DNA from: Chrysomallon squamiferum
Taxonomy: Eukaryota > Animalia > Mollusca
Assembly: GCA_012295275.1 (NCBI GenBank)
Contig: CM022669.1
Coordinates: 2,666,001-2,730,000 of the forward strand
Direction: 5' to 3'
Length of the DNA stretch: 64,000 nt
Part shown: positions 13,974-26,371 of the stretch, piece after piece
How positions within the stretch are numbered: the stretch's first letter is position 1
Layout of the letters: the number at the start of each line of letters is the position of its first letter
The notes under the pieces: model-generated
Told to the model about the DNA's origin: nothing
What the model saw: the letters and a program-made list of their open reading frames with translations, nothing else
The model's database searches: none
Program-made: the position numbers and the translations under genes

Positions 13974-16900
13974 GTTAACATTTACCCATAATTTAATTTC
14001 TAGGTGAATGAAAATAATGAGAATTTATTTGTGAAATTCAGTGGCAAAGAGCATAAGAAATTTACATTAACTTGTAAATGATTCCTTTACTCATTTGAGA
14101 ATCATGATAATTAATTCTGAGAGTGGTGTGATAACACTCATGAAATGCACCAAAGACACATATTTTGTTTTATTATATCACTGCATACATAGAAATATAA
14201 TCAAAGATGTCCAGTAATTTTAATTCATTAAGAGATTCCTAATGCAGTTCCATCCCAGACATTCTAGTTTGATGATATAAAATCCCACAGATACTAACAT
14301 TGACATTACAAATAATGCTTATTGGACAAATCAGGTTTGTTTTAGACAGATGAATGTTGGCTAAAGCAGTTCCAAATAGACATGTTATGTTTATTACTAG
14401 TCTGGTAATGCATCTGATCATTATTATGATACAGGAAGACATGTTACTGTGTTACTGCAAGATATTATTATTAACAATAAGAAGGTAAATAAAACACCAA
14501 GCCAGACATGTCAGGCTGGAATCACGTTTAATTAGAGATACTTTTCTTACATGTCTCTACATTCAACAAGGTTATGAAGCAAGATGAAATGTCATGTCTG
14601 CATGCAGCTATCAAACATCATCATCAATCTTAATTATGTATAACACCCAACAGATGATACATAAAATGTTTTCCCAAAATTTAAAAATAAAAATGTGTTT
14701 TTTTATTTAAAATGCCTGACCATTTATTTTCTTGTTCTACAGTTTTATGGCATTATTTGGTAAAGGATCGGGAAATTCCTTTCTTATGAGCAGCAAGAAA
14801 TATTTAATATGTACCTTCCCAGTGATGGGAAAGCATGTACCATGGCCTTTAATAAATATTTAGACTATAGAACTGAATTGTGTTAATATATTTATTTTTT
14901 CATTTTTAAATTTTAAAATGTCTTGTTTTATTTCAGTTTGATTTCACTCTAAATGAAACTAGCATTTATTTCTCCTGATGCCTTCCAGTGCAGTGTATAT
15001 TTTCAAGAATACAACTATCAACAGAGTATATGAAAAGAAAGAAAAGGCTTCTTTTATATATATTGTTAAATATCATCACAATTAGAACAAAAAAACACAA
15101 AAAAAACTATATTTTTTATCTTTTTTCAAAAAGGCTTCTTTCAAAAAGATTACATCAGTACATTGGAAAAAAAAAAAAATGAAGAAGAAAAAAAAAAAAA
15201 GAAGAAAAGAAGAAAAGCAAAATTTAAAAACATAATAATAATAATAATAAAAAGGTCCAAAACAAACAAAAAAATCTTCAGAAATATCTGTCAGTTCAGG
15301 TATATATTTTATATATATATATATATATAAAATAAATGTCATGTTATGTTATAAATTATTCTGAAAATAATTAAATAGTATACTGAACAGTTTATTTGGA
15401 TCAACATTTTATTTTCAAATATTTGTATTATGTACAATAAACAAAACAAAAACTTTAACAAATAAATATTAACAAATACAGTATTTGTGCTAGCTGACGA
15501 AATGCTGATGTCTAACACAGATATAACATATTTCTCTATATTTTATCAATAGATCACAGATGTGACCTGCCACAAAAAAAGATACCCTTGTCAGTAATAT
15601 TGTCATGGAAACGGATGCTGTTTTTATTCACTGGGTCTGTATATGTAAAACAGAATTAGAAAAAATTATCACTGATATTTCAGTGAACAAGATAATTCTG
15701 AAAGATGAGGGTTTATCCAATTTAAATATTAATTTAAAGCATTAAAGTTAATAATAATAATAATAAACAATTTAGAACATTTTCTTTTTAACCTTATTTT
15801 CCTTTTTATATGGCTGGTCACATGTAGTTGTATCCATATTTATACAGTTCTGTGTTTTATACCAGTATATGTAGTAACAAGTTATATAGTAAATTCTTTA
15901 AGAAATTAAATATTTATTATGAATAATACCTATCTTCAGGCACTATTTCAAAATCAGTAATAATATCTGATAGAAAATGTAACTTATAAAGATAGAACAA
16001 TGAATACATTCTGAATTAATTATTAAATAAATTAATTTAATAATATATGCTTCTAATCTGAAAGTTAATAACAGCAGCATTTAATCATTAGAAAAATTCT
16101 AGTAAGAGTGAGTCCATTGGCTACACCAAAGCTACTTTGACTAAATTGATTTCTTAATAATTTTAACTTGTTTTTTTTTAAAGGAAAAATACAGAACGTT
16201 TATTTGAACATTGTTTTAATAAATAAAAATCTGTACCATTTATCTAGATACTTAAGTAAAAATCACATCAAAAATAAAAATTAAATATGCTTAGTATTTT
16301 TGTATTTTAATAATAATAGCTGCATTATTTTACAACTTAATAAAATACTTATTTAATTACTGTTGACATAAAACATGAAATACATTGCTAAAATGTTTTG
16401 TTAAGTAATTATGTTTTAAAGAGTAATTTTTTTTATTTTTCTTTACTTTCTGTCTTTATTTATTCATTTTTTTTTTTTTAAATTTGGATTTAAAAATTTA
16501 TGCATTCCATTTATTTCTGGTTAAGAAGTTTTGTAACTAATTACATATTATTATCTGTAACAAATATTAAGCTTATCTTCATATACAAATATAGAAACAA
16601 TATGTACATTGTGCATTACTGTCACTGTTTAACAAAAGGTAAAAAATATAAGCAGCTTTTGTCTTTGCTTGACATAGACATTTAAAATATTTGTTAAATG
16701 AAAATGTATTTGTTTATATCTTTAAAGTAGAATATAAATGAATGTACTTTAAAATTAAAATGTAAATGTACATACCATAAAATTAAATAATAACAAAATA
16801 TACATTATACAAAATATATTCAAATGTTGTAACTCTTTTTCAAATAAGTTCATTAAAAATGGGTGAGACCATTATTTATAGCTGAACTTCAAATGAATGA

Positions 16901-18166
16901 TTAAAACAAAGATTTTTTTACCTGGCTGATTTGCTCCTAAGACAGAAGATTAAAAGACTGTGAAAGGTATTTCAGACCATTTTATATGTTTAGTTATTGA
17001 GAAAATTCAGCTAAAAATTTTTTTAAAAACAAATTAACTATAAATAAATAAATAAAAAGTGATCAAATTTAAACATGCCATTGATTTAAAATGAAGTTTA
17101 AAAGTCACTGATAAAACAGAAGAGTTTTTACACAAAGTCAGTCAGTTCTTTTATCATAAATTGTTTCATGTTTCAAACTTTGCAACTTTGTATACTGAAT
17201 TAAATATCATTCAGCTGAAAAAATGATTGAAATATTAAAATTGAAATAAAAACTGTATGAACACAAACACATTAGCTATGTGCTAAAGACATTTCTATGA
17301 ATTATATATTCTCTATAGGAATTAGTTTCATAAAGTATATAAATAAAAATATATTATTAGAAATAATAAATATCTTAAGTATATCATAATGATGCTTTTC
17401 TGACTACAAATATTCTTTGTTGATATTAATCATATATTATATAACTGATAATGAAACTACACAGAATTTTTGGTTGTTTTGACAATTTGGTGTAAAGATA
17501 ATCAGTTCAAAAATATCATTTAAGGTATATTTTAAATACAAAATACAAGAGGCTAACACATCTGCATTTACAATTTTATGTAAAATAACAAAAGTTATAT
17601 ATTCTTTCTAAAATAAATATTTACTTACACTCTATCTGACAACATAGTTTTACTATTATCACAAATGTAAATCAGACAATACATTATGCAAACACACATT
17701 TATTTACAAAATAAAAACCTATCAAATATACATTATGTAAACAAACTTTGGTTTGATTGATTTGGCATGGAAAAACAAATAAGCACTTTTCTGTATATAA
17801 ATACCTGGAACGTCCAAGGAATAATCATTTTTGCTTTTGATTTTGATTTATAATCTGATTAATATCCTTAATCTCTTTTGTTAAATAAAATATATATTCA
17901 GTTTAGTATTCATAACCACTTTTGCTGAAATAACAATATGTTCTGATTTGTTAACTACTTTCATTACACATGCATTTGTAGATTTTGTCTGAATCTAACA
18001 TGTATTTCTAATAAATACAATGACATGTCTCCAACTGTGGAGTCTAATCAGTGAAGTCTAATGAAGTATCTTGCATGTAATTACAAATCTTGAAGAATTA
18101 CATTTTCTAGTAAGTTTCTACAGTAAACCGTAACATAACACAAATCACAAGAGTAAGATGAGACTT

Positions 18167-18448
18167 GTACACTCTCGTACAGCCTTGTACAACCAAGTGC
18201 AGCCTTATACAGCCTTGTACAGCCTTGTACAACCAAGTACAGTCTTATACAGCCTTGTACAGCCTTGTACAACCAAGTAGTCTTATACAGCCTTGTACAA
18301 CCTTGTGCAGCCTTATACAGCCTTGTACAGCCTTGTACAACCAAGTAGTCTTAAACAGCCTTGTACAGCCTTGTACAACCAAGTAGTCTTATACAGCCTT
18401 GTACAGCCTTGTACAACCAAGTAGTCTTATACAGCCTTGTACAGCCTC
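18167..18448. repeat. Minisatellite built from 10-mers (cagccttgta / caaccaagta) with a 38-bp higher-order unit
   Basis: Unit cagccttgtacagccttgtacaaccaagtagtcttata repeated; explains the spurious ORFs at 18081-18386. Confidence 0.9.
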
Positions 18449-18690
18449 GAGACTTTGAGCCAGAATCTTCACAGCAGATTTTATAAATACTGGAAATTTC
18501 TTTTCATCACAAAAATATCCTAAAGTTTGTATGTATAGTAAGTTCTATTTATGGTATTATCTGTGGCTGGAACTAAACTAACTAAGTAATTTCACAAGCT
18601 TTAACATGCTTTTACCATCAGCCATTTGATTAGGTCTCTGAAAAGAAAACATTATATAATATATATATATATATATATACTTATATTTAT

Positions 18691-18693
<3 letters not shown>

Positions 18694-18786
<93 letters not shown>
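18694..18786. repeat. (GA)n microsatellite
   Basis: Perfect dinucleotide run. Confidence 0.95.
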
Positions 18787-18787
<1 letters not shown>

Positions 18788-19430
18788 CATTATATAATGC
18801 AAAACATTTTATATTAAGGCACTTTGTATTCTAAAGAGTTTGTAAAAGCTGAAGAAAAAAATGAGTAATATATGCATTAATAAAAATCATCAGTTATGAG
18901 CATTAAACTGAACTGGAAATAATCTAATAGAAACTTTGAGGAGAACAGATCCTGTAGTTCTGCTGTTTGTCAAGCAAACACTCTAAAACAAGCTGCAACC
19001 TGAACTACAGATTTAGCCATGTCTCTCATTCCAGTAAATCATTTAACTGATTAAGAAATTTCATTACAAAATCTGACATCTTTTCTGTTATGAATATTTG
19101 ATTAATTCTCTTGTGGGTTATGCTGTCAGTTTAATTCTGTAACTGAGTGCCTGGAGAAATGATGTGTACTTTTTTAAATGTTAGCTGCCAATAAAACTGA
19201 ATTCAATACATAGAGAGAATAGACAAATTTGTCTTCTGTTTAAAACATTATTGATAATTTACTTCATAATATTTCCATTTCAGTGTTTCCAATACTGAAA
19301 TAAATACCATCTGAAGACAACAAGAAACTTTTTACTCTGTGTAGTTTTGATTTAACTGACACAAATAATGTTATCATTAAGTTATTCTAAAGATTATTTA
19401 CTTTTCAACAAACTAAATATTACCATTCAA

Positions 19431-21546
19431 CTATTCTAAAAAGCTCTTACTTCTTGATTTAATATTTTTCTTTTTTAACTTCTTTCGTCTTTCTTTCTTC
19501 CTTTGCTTCTTTGTTCCTTTCAGTTTTCGATGGCTGGAGTTCTTGTTATTTCTGTTCTTGCTGTGGTTTTGATGGCCCTCATTTGGAGATGCAGGGACTG
19601 GTTGACTTCTGATTCGAGTGACAGGAACCATGCACTGAGAAGTTTTGTCAGTTTTGTGAAAAACACTGGCACTCAGTTCACTCTCAGGCCAAATGGAATG
19701 ATCTGTGAAAATTTCAAAATGTCAATTCTTGTAAATATTTGGAAAAAAACGAACATCATTTTATATTAACAAGACAAGAATCTCTAGAGTGTGTGTATCT
19801 GTGATTAAAAAGTCATTCTCAGAAAAGAAAAGCATCCCAAATATTATTACCAAAGGTATTATTTGTATTTTAGAGTATTTAACATATTTTTAAACAGTGT
19901 AATAAACTAGAGATGGTTGAGACATTTTTAAACAGTGTAATAAACTAGAGATGGTTGAGACATATTTAAACAGTGTAATAAACTAGAGATGGTTGAGACA
20001 TATTTAAACAGTGTAATAAACTAGAGATGGTTGAGACATATTTAAACAGTGTAATAAACTAGAGATGGTTGAGACATATTTAAACAGTGTAATAAACTAG
20101 AGATGGTTGAGACATATTTAAACAGTGTAATAAACTAGAGATGGTTGAGACATATTTAAACAGTGTAATAAACTAGAGATGGTTGAGACATATTTTTAAT
20201 AAACTAGAGATGGTTGAGACATATTTAAACAGTGTAATAAACTAGAGATGGTTGAGACATATTTAAACAGTGTAATAAACTAGAGATGGTTGAGACATAT
20301 TTAAACATTGTAATAAACTAGAGATGGTTGAGACATTTTTAAACAGTGTAATAAACTAGACATATTTAAACAGTGTAATAAACTAGAGATTGAGACATAT
20401 TTAAACAGTGTAATAAACTAGAGATGGTTGAGACATATTTAAACATTGTAATAAACTAGAGATGGTTGAGACATTTTTAAACAGTGTAATAAACTAGAGA
20501 TGGTTGAGACATATTTAAACAGTGTAATAAACTAGAGATGGTTGAGACATATTTAAACAGTGTAATAAACTAGAGATGGTTGAGACATATTTAAACAGTG
20601 TAATAAACTAGAGATGGTTAAGACCCAATAACAAAGATAAAATTCAGGTTGTTGTTATGTGATCTCTCTGATAATTGGCTGCCACTCTTAGGTTTGTTTA
20701 CATCTTCTGTGTGCAGGGATCAATGGCTGTACCCTGGAATTGATCCAGTGAGATCGATACTGCGAGAATTCATCTCACATTGATCCTGTTTTGTTTACAT
20801 CAGTTCCTCTCCTGTTTCCTGGATCACTCAACTACATTTGTGTCATGCAGGTTATTCCGTTATTAAAAATCAACATGAAAATGTTCTTTTATATTAATCT
20901 GTCTAATTTTCTTTCATTCTTTTTTTTTAATTTTTTATTATCAACTCTTTTTTAATCTTCTTATTTTTAAGGGTTTTTCATAAGTTATGTTTTAAATGGC
21001 AAAAATAATAGAATATTATTTTATTTCAGAATATCAATTTATTAAATTTGTCACTTGGGAGATTCTTTTATTAAAAGAAAAGAAGAAAATATTGAGTTAC
21101 TTTTGCTTTTCTTTATTTTTTTAATTTTATTTAATTTTTTTTTATAATGAAAATTGCAACAATAACAAAAACCAAATGTATTATTGCATTCAGTGTGTCA
21201 GCAAACTGCATTTGAGACATGGAGATCAATCTATTTTTAGACAGTTTTCTGTTATATTAAATAATTAAAAAAAAAAAAAAAAAAAAAAATTCTTCTAACT
21301 GATTTAATAACAGAAAAAAAACAGCTGTGATAATGACACCAAAAGTAATATCACACTTCAGTTCAAGAGTTAAATTATACATATCATTCAAAAAAAGATT
21401 AAAACATCAACAATAATGACATTAATGAATTATTTTTCAGTGTTAACACTGCAGATTGTGTTCACTTACTATTTTAATATAATTAACCCTTTATTATCCG
21501 TGAACTAAGTGTGTTTGTGTGTGTGTGTGTGTGTATGATTGTGTGC

Positions 21547-21613
<67 letters not shown>

Positions 21614-24600
21614 GTAGTGGAAATCCTCAGAGTAAAAACAGTCTTTGTTTATCATTGCAGTATGTCTGTGTTCAGCTGAAATATGATTCTCTGAGATGAC
21701 AAAGTGGTTATGTTTGTGTTAGACAAACACTGAACCTAAAAACACGTCTACACACTGGACCATTGAAGATTATTAGATATCGATTGGATTAAAATAACTT
21801 TCACAATCTCTATTATTAAATATCATTATAGCTATCAGAGACATGCAGTAATTAACATACACAGCATAAATCAGTTTAGTTTTTTAGTCTGGGTATTATC
21901 ATCATCAGCACCGTACACATTATGACTGTCATCTGGATATAAGAGCAGTCTATGAACAGCCACTGAAATATAGGAAAATATTAAGTCTGCAGTTAATAAC
22001 AGGACATCAATCCAAATTTTTGACAATTTAAAACATTTGTATTTTTTATATTCAGTAGGAGAAAATAAGTATAAAAACATCCCTGCAGATTTTTTTAATA
22101 CAAAAGAGTATTCAGTGTCGATGTTGTATTCAAAACTGTAATCAAGATATTTAATTTAAATCTGTTGTGATGTGAGAATTATGTATTCAGCACAGTAGGC
22201 CTACTCTAGTTTTGTACAGAAGACAAAACAAAAGACCATCTGTTTTTATTTCATTTTTCCTATTTAAAAATTATAATTTGTCATTCAGAACAAGAGAATA
22301 AAACCGATTTTGTCAAAACATTAACCAGTCTAGTTTTCAGATTAATTTGATTCATTATTGTTTTAATTAATTCTCTTCCAGTATTGCTATCATTAAAATT
22401 AGTGTTTATTGATATTGTCATCAACATATTACTACTACTACTACAGCTGCTTCTACTGTAGCATATGCTATAATTTATATATATTTATATTTATATTGGC
22501 CATACTTTAGTAAAAAAAAAGAAGAAATCTACAAATTCAGTTAAATATCAAAATAAATTATATCTGTTTTCATAAATTACAAAATCTATTTGATTTCCCT
22601 CTCTGTTCCTAGTTTCAAACAGATCTTCACAGCAATAACAAAGCACTACACAGAGAAATCACACAACAAGATTTCTTTGATTCTTCATCTGATGAGAAAT
22701 CACATTATTAGGTTGAGTAATTCCACTGACAGAAATCCTAACTAGCCTGCATGTTGTGATATTTGATAGAATTTGTATGGTCACATGACAGTCACAGGCT
22801 TTGTGAGTTTTTGAAAGTCTCTCCAGAGAATGCTGTCTAGTTTAGCCCTTGCTGCTAATGTTGCTGAGCGACATAAAATACTAGAACAAAACATTAAATA
22901 CTGTTGGGAATACGTATATGTGTGTAGTTTTGTTATCATCCTCATCTTTTAATTATTTGTTTTGGTCTTATGTTAATAAAAAAACAAAATAAAACTTATC
23001 TATATATTCAGTCAAATATCATAAAAAAATTGTTTGTCTTTTCATTGTTTAACAAACCTGTTTTATTTCTCTCTCTATGTGTTTAGTTTCAAATAGTTCT
23101 TCAAAGACAGGTGACAATAGATATAATTCCACAACAGAAACTGTGTCAAATATTCTGGAGTACTGATTTTATTTAATTATTTATTTACTGCTGCTGTTAT
23201 CATAAAGATTATTAAGAGATGCCAGTTATGGATTTATTAATATAAATTCTTTAGAAAAGCAAGTCTTGTTATCAGTAATGAATGTGTGTTATACAAAATA
23301 CTAAAACAAAAAATCAAAATCTCAGGAGATATTATTTTACTTTTTATTTTTTATGCTGACATTATAAATATTGCTCTAGTAAGCCTGTTGTAGAATATTA
23401 AAATTAAATCTTAGAAAAATGTGGTTTTGTTACAAGAGTCTTGCATCACATAACAGATTATAAAAAAATGTTAATTATCTGAAAATGTATTTATTTAAAC
23501 AATAATAATAATACAAATTAAAATATTTTAATGATCTGATTAGAAATAAATATTTTCTAGAGATTCTAAGTATCTTAACAAATATTACTGATTAAAAGTT
23601 ATATTAGAAAAGCATAAATTGGTTTTATAATTTTGGAATCTATAATATTGTTTTATTATTTTAAATATTTCATGCCTATCTAGGATATGAAATTTATTTA
23701 TTTATTTTATTTATTTATAGAAATGCTTATTTTATTAGCATTGACTAGCCATTATCTGTTGTGTAAAATTCTAAATTAAACATTAAATATTGTAAGAAGA
23801 TATTGTAAATAAAAGAACTTTTAAAAACAAAATTAAGAAAATTAAAATCAAAGTTAATTTTTTATATCAGCATTTTTATATTTTCTCTTATCTATTTAAC
23901 TTTTGTACTGCTGCATTTGAAACAATTAGCTCACTGTACTAATTTTTAATCTTTAGAATATGTGTCTAGTTTCAAAATACACAAAAATCCATCTCTATAA
24001 TACAAGGCCATTTCTAGAAAATTCCATGGTTTTAAAAGCTAATTTTCTCCAGTTTTGCAGACGCCACTAAGAAAAAATCAATAAAACATATGTTAGAGAC
24101 AATTACTTTTGTTGTTGGTTTTTCAAATTGTTTTCTACTACTCATTTTTCAGCTTAAGTAATTATTATGGATAAGAAAAATCTGCATCTGTAGATTTTTT
24201 TAATCATGAAAACATCATGTGATTTCATGTCACAAGTCAAACTAATTTCAGTCTGAGAAATAATCAAGTTAAAATCATTTTAACCTCACTGTCAGCTTTG
24301 AACTTCCATGAACACCTAAATATAACATTAATCTGACAGGAATCAGTTTATATCGGTGTTTAATCAGATTATGTTTTCATGTAACTGAATTCAAGACTGT
24401 ACAACAGTTAAAATTAATTTAACAGCTTATATTTTTTTTATGAATAGATAAAATGAAATCTCATACATGAAGCTATTTATTAAACAGAATAAGTTTCATG
24501 ATAACTGGATGAGCAGATGTCTGTAAATTAAGTATAAACTGAGAAATAAACCAGACAAAGTTAATAAAGAGCAGTAATGAGTTTTAGCATGTGATATTTT

Positions 24601-26080
24601 AACAAGAAAACAACATAGAGCAAATACATATAAACATAGTGATGTAAACAAACCTAGCTTTATATGTGTATGTGTGTGCGTATGTGTATGTGTGTGTGTG
24701 TGTGTGTATGTGTGTGTGTGTATGTGAAAGGAAACAAACACAGACACAGCTTACTTCTTGCTCAAATTAAAAATAAATTTCATACTATAGATTAATTACA
24801 ACAGTTCTGACTCGTGAACACCTATACAGCTAAGATGAAAACAAGTGATGTAGATTTAAATAATCTTATTTGTTATATCCAAGAATAGAGATTAATGCTT
24901 CAGTTCACAATGAACAAAAAATATGCATACTAAGCACATGCATTTCAAAACACAATGAACCAAAAACATGAACACTGAATAACACATCACAAAACACAAT
25001 GAACTGAAAATATATGTACTGAATACACACATATCAACAGCCAATGAATTAAAAATATTTATACTGAATACACAACTTAAATACAACCAAAAATAATCAT
25101 CGTGAAACACAAATGACAATATATAGGAAATTAAAAAATACTGAATTCACAGTTTCAACAAACTAAAGCTATACACACTGAATACCACCATTACAATAAA
25201 CAACAAACTGAAAATATTCTTATCAAATACATGCATTTCAAGATACAGTAACCAAAAATATATACATACTACTGAATACACAAATTATATACACAGTGAA
25301 CTGAAAAATAACATACTGAATACACAGTGAACTGAAAAATAACGTACTGAATACACACACATTACAACACGCAATGAATTAAAAATATTCATAATGAATA
25401 TACAACTTCGGTGATCAGTGAACTAGTTGTATATGTATTGAATACACAATTTCAGTGCACAACAGACATTTCTAGTACTGAATACACACATTACAATGAA
25501 CAAAAAATATTCTTATTGAATACACACATTTCAGAACACAATGACAAAACAAATGTTCATACTACTGAATTCACACAAATTATCCTCATTATGATTTTTA
25601 ATAACATTATTATTATCATCTTTTTTACAGCCTCTTTCATCAGTAGAGCTACATATCCTAAACACTATTTGAAGGCCTGAAGTGACCCTAATGATGAAAC
25701 TTGGGAACCATTATTTCGTTTGCGACCTTGGGATGGGAAACAATGATAAAGGCAGAAATATTCAGTCTAGAAGAATACACTCATATATACTGGGAATAAC
25801 TTGTAAGGTCTAAAGATATCAGCTGTATCATGCAAAGGTGAGAATGCCAATTTGCAGTGATGCAGTTCTGAGCTGCACTGGATAATCGATCTTAACAGGA
25901 TAGTGCTGATATTTTAAGACAGTAATCAGCTGTTTCACTTCAATCCTGAATAATACAAAAACTAAATGAAATTAACTGTTTTGTTTCTGAGCTCATTGCA
26001 CTCCACAGCAGGGATTCACACATTTATTTTGCTGTCAATATACATCAAAACAAAATAGTTTTTAAATAGAGACAATTTGA

Positions 26081-26116
<36 letters not shown>

Positions 26117-26330
26117 TTTAATAAAACCTTTTTTCGAAATGGTCAGTTTATAGGCCATTAAACATTAATGAAGTTATTAGAACTTTATGTGTTTGTATTA
26201 TAAGTTAGTTATCAAAAAATCAAGATATTTGCCTCGTTATTGTATCTTACGATAACGTATATTGATTGCAGGTTAAATGTAGGCCTGTCAGATAGAAATA
26301 CTGTGTCCACAATATAAATGTTATTCCTCT

Positions 26331-26371
<41 letters not shown>

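Noticed and set aside
18578-18817. Poly-RE / poly-SL ORFs (also 21511, 31950, 36247)
   Set aside because: Translations of dinucleotide and trinucleotide microsatellites.
19431-19702. Assignment of the basic exon to the FGF, PDGF/VEGF or R-spondin families
   Set aside because: Only the low-complexity basic tail is similar; no core-domain exons were found in the interval.
19883-20625. CRISPR-like array of ~38-bp repeats (also 33600-34800 and 28024-28480)
   Set aside because: Head-to-tail repeats with no unique spacers and no cas genes, in eukaryotic DNA; these are minisatellites.
22626-22688. Minus-strand DEESKKSCCVISLCSALLLL* as an insulin A-chain-like exon of the orphan gene
   Set aside because: Cys spacing is CC-x4-C rather than CC-x3-C-x8-C, and the signal exon lacks the second B-chain Cys.
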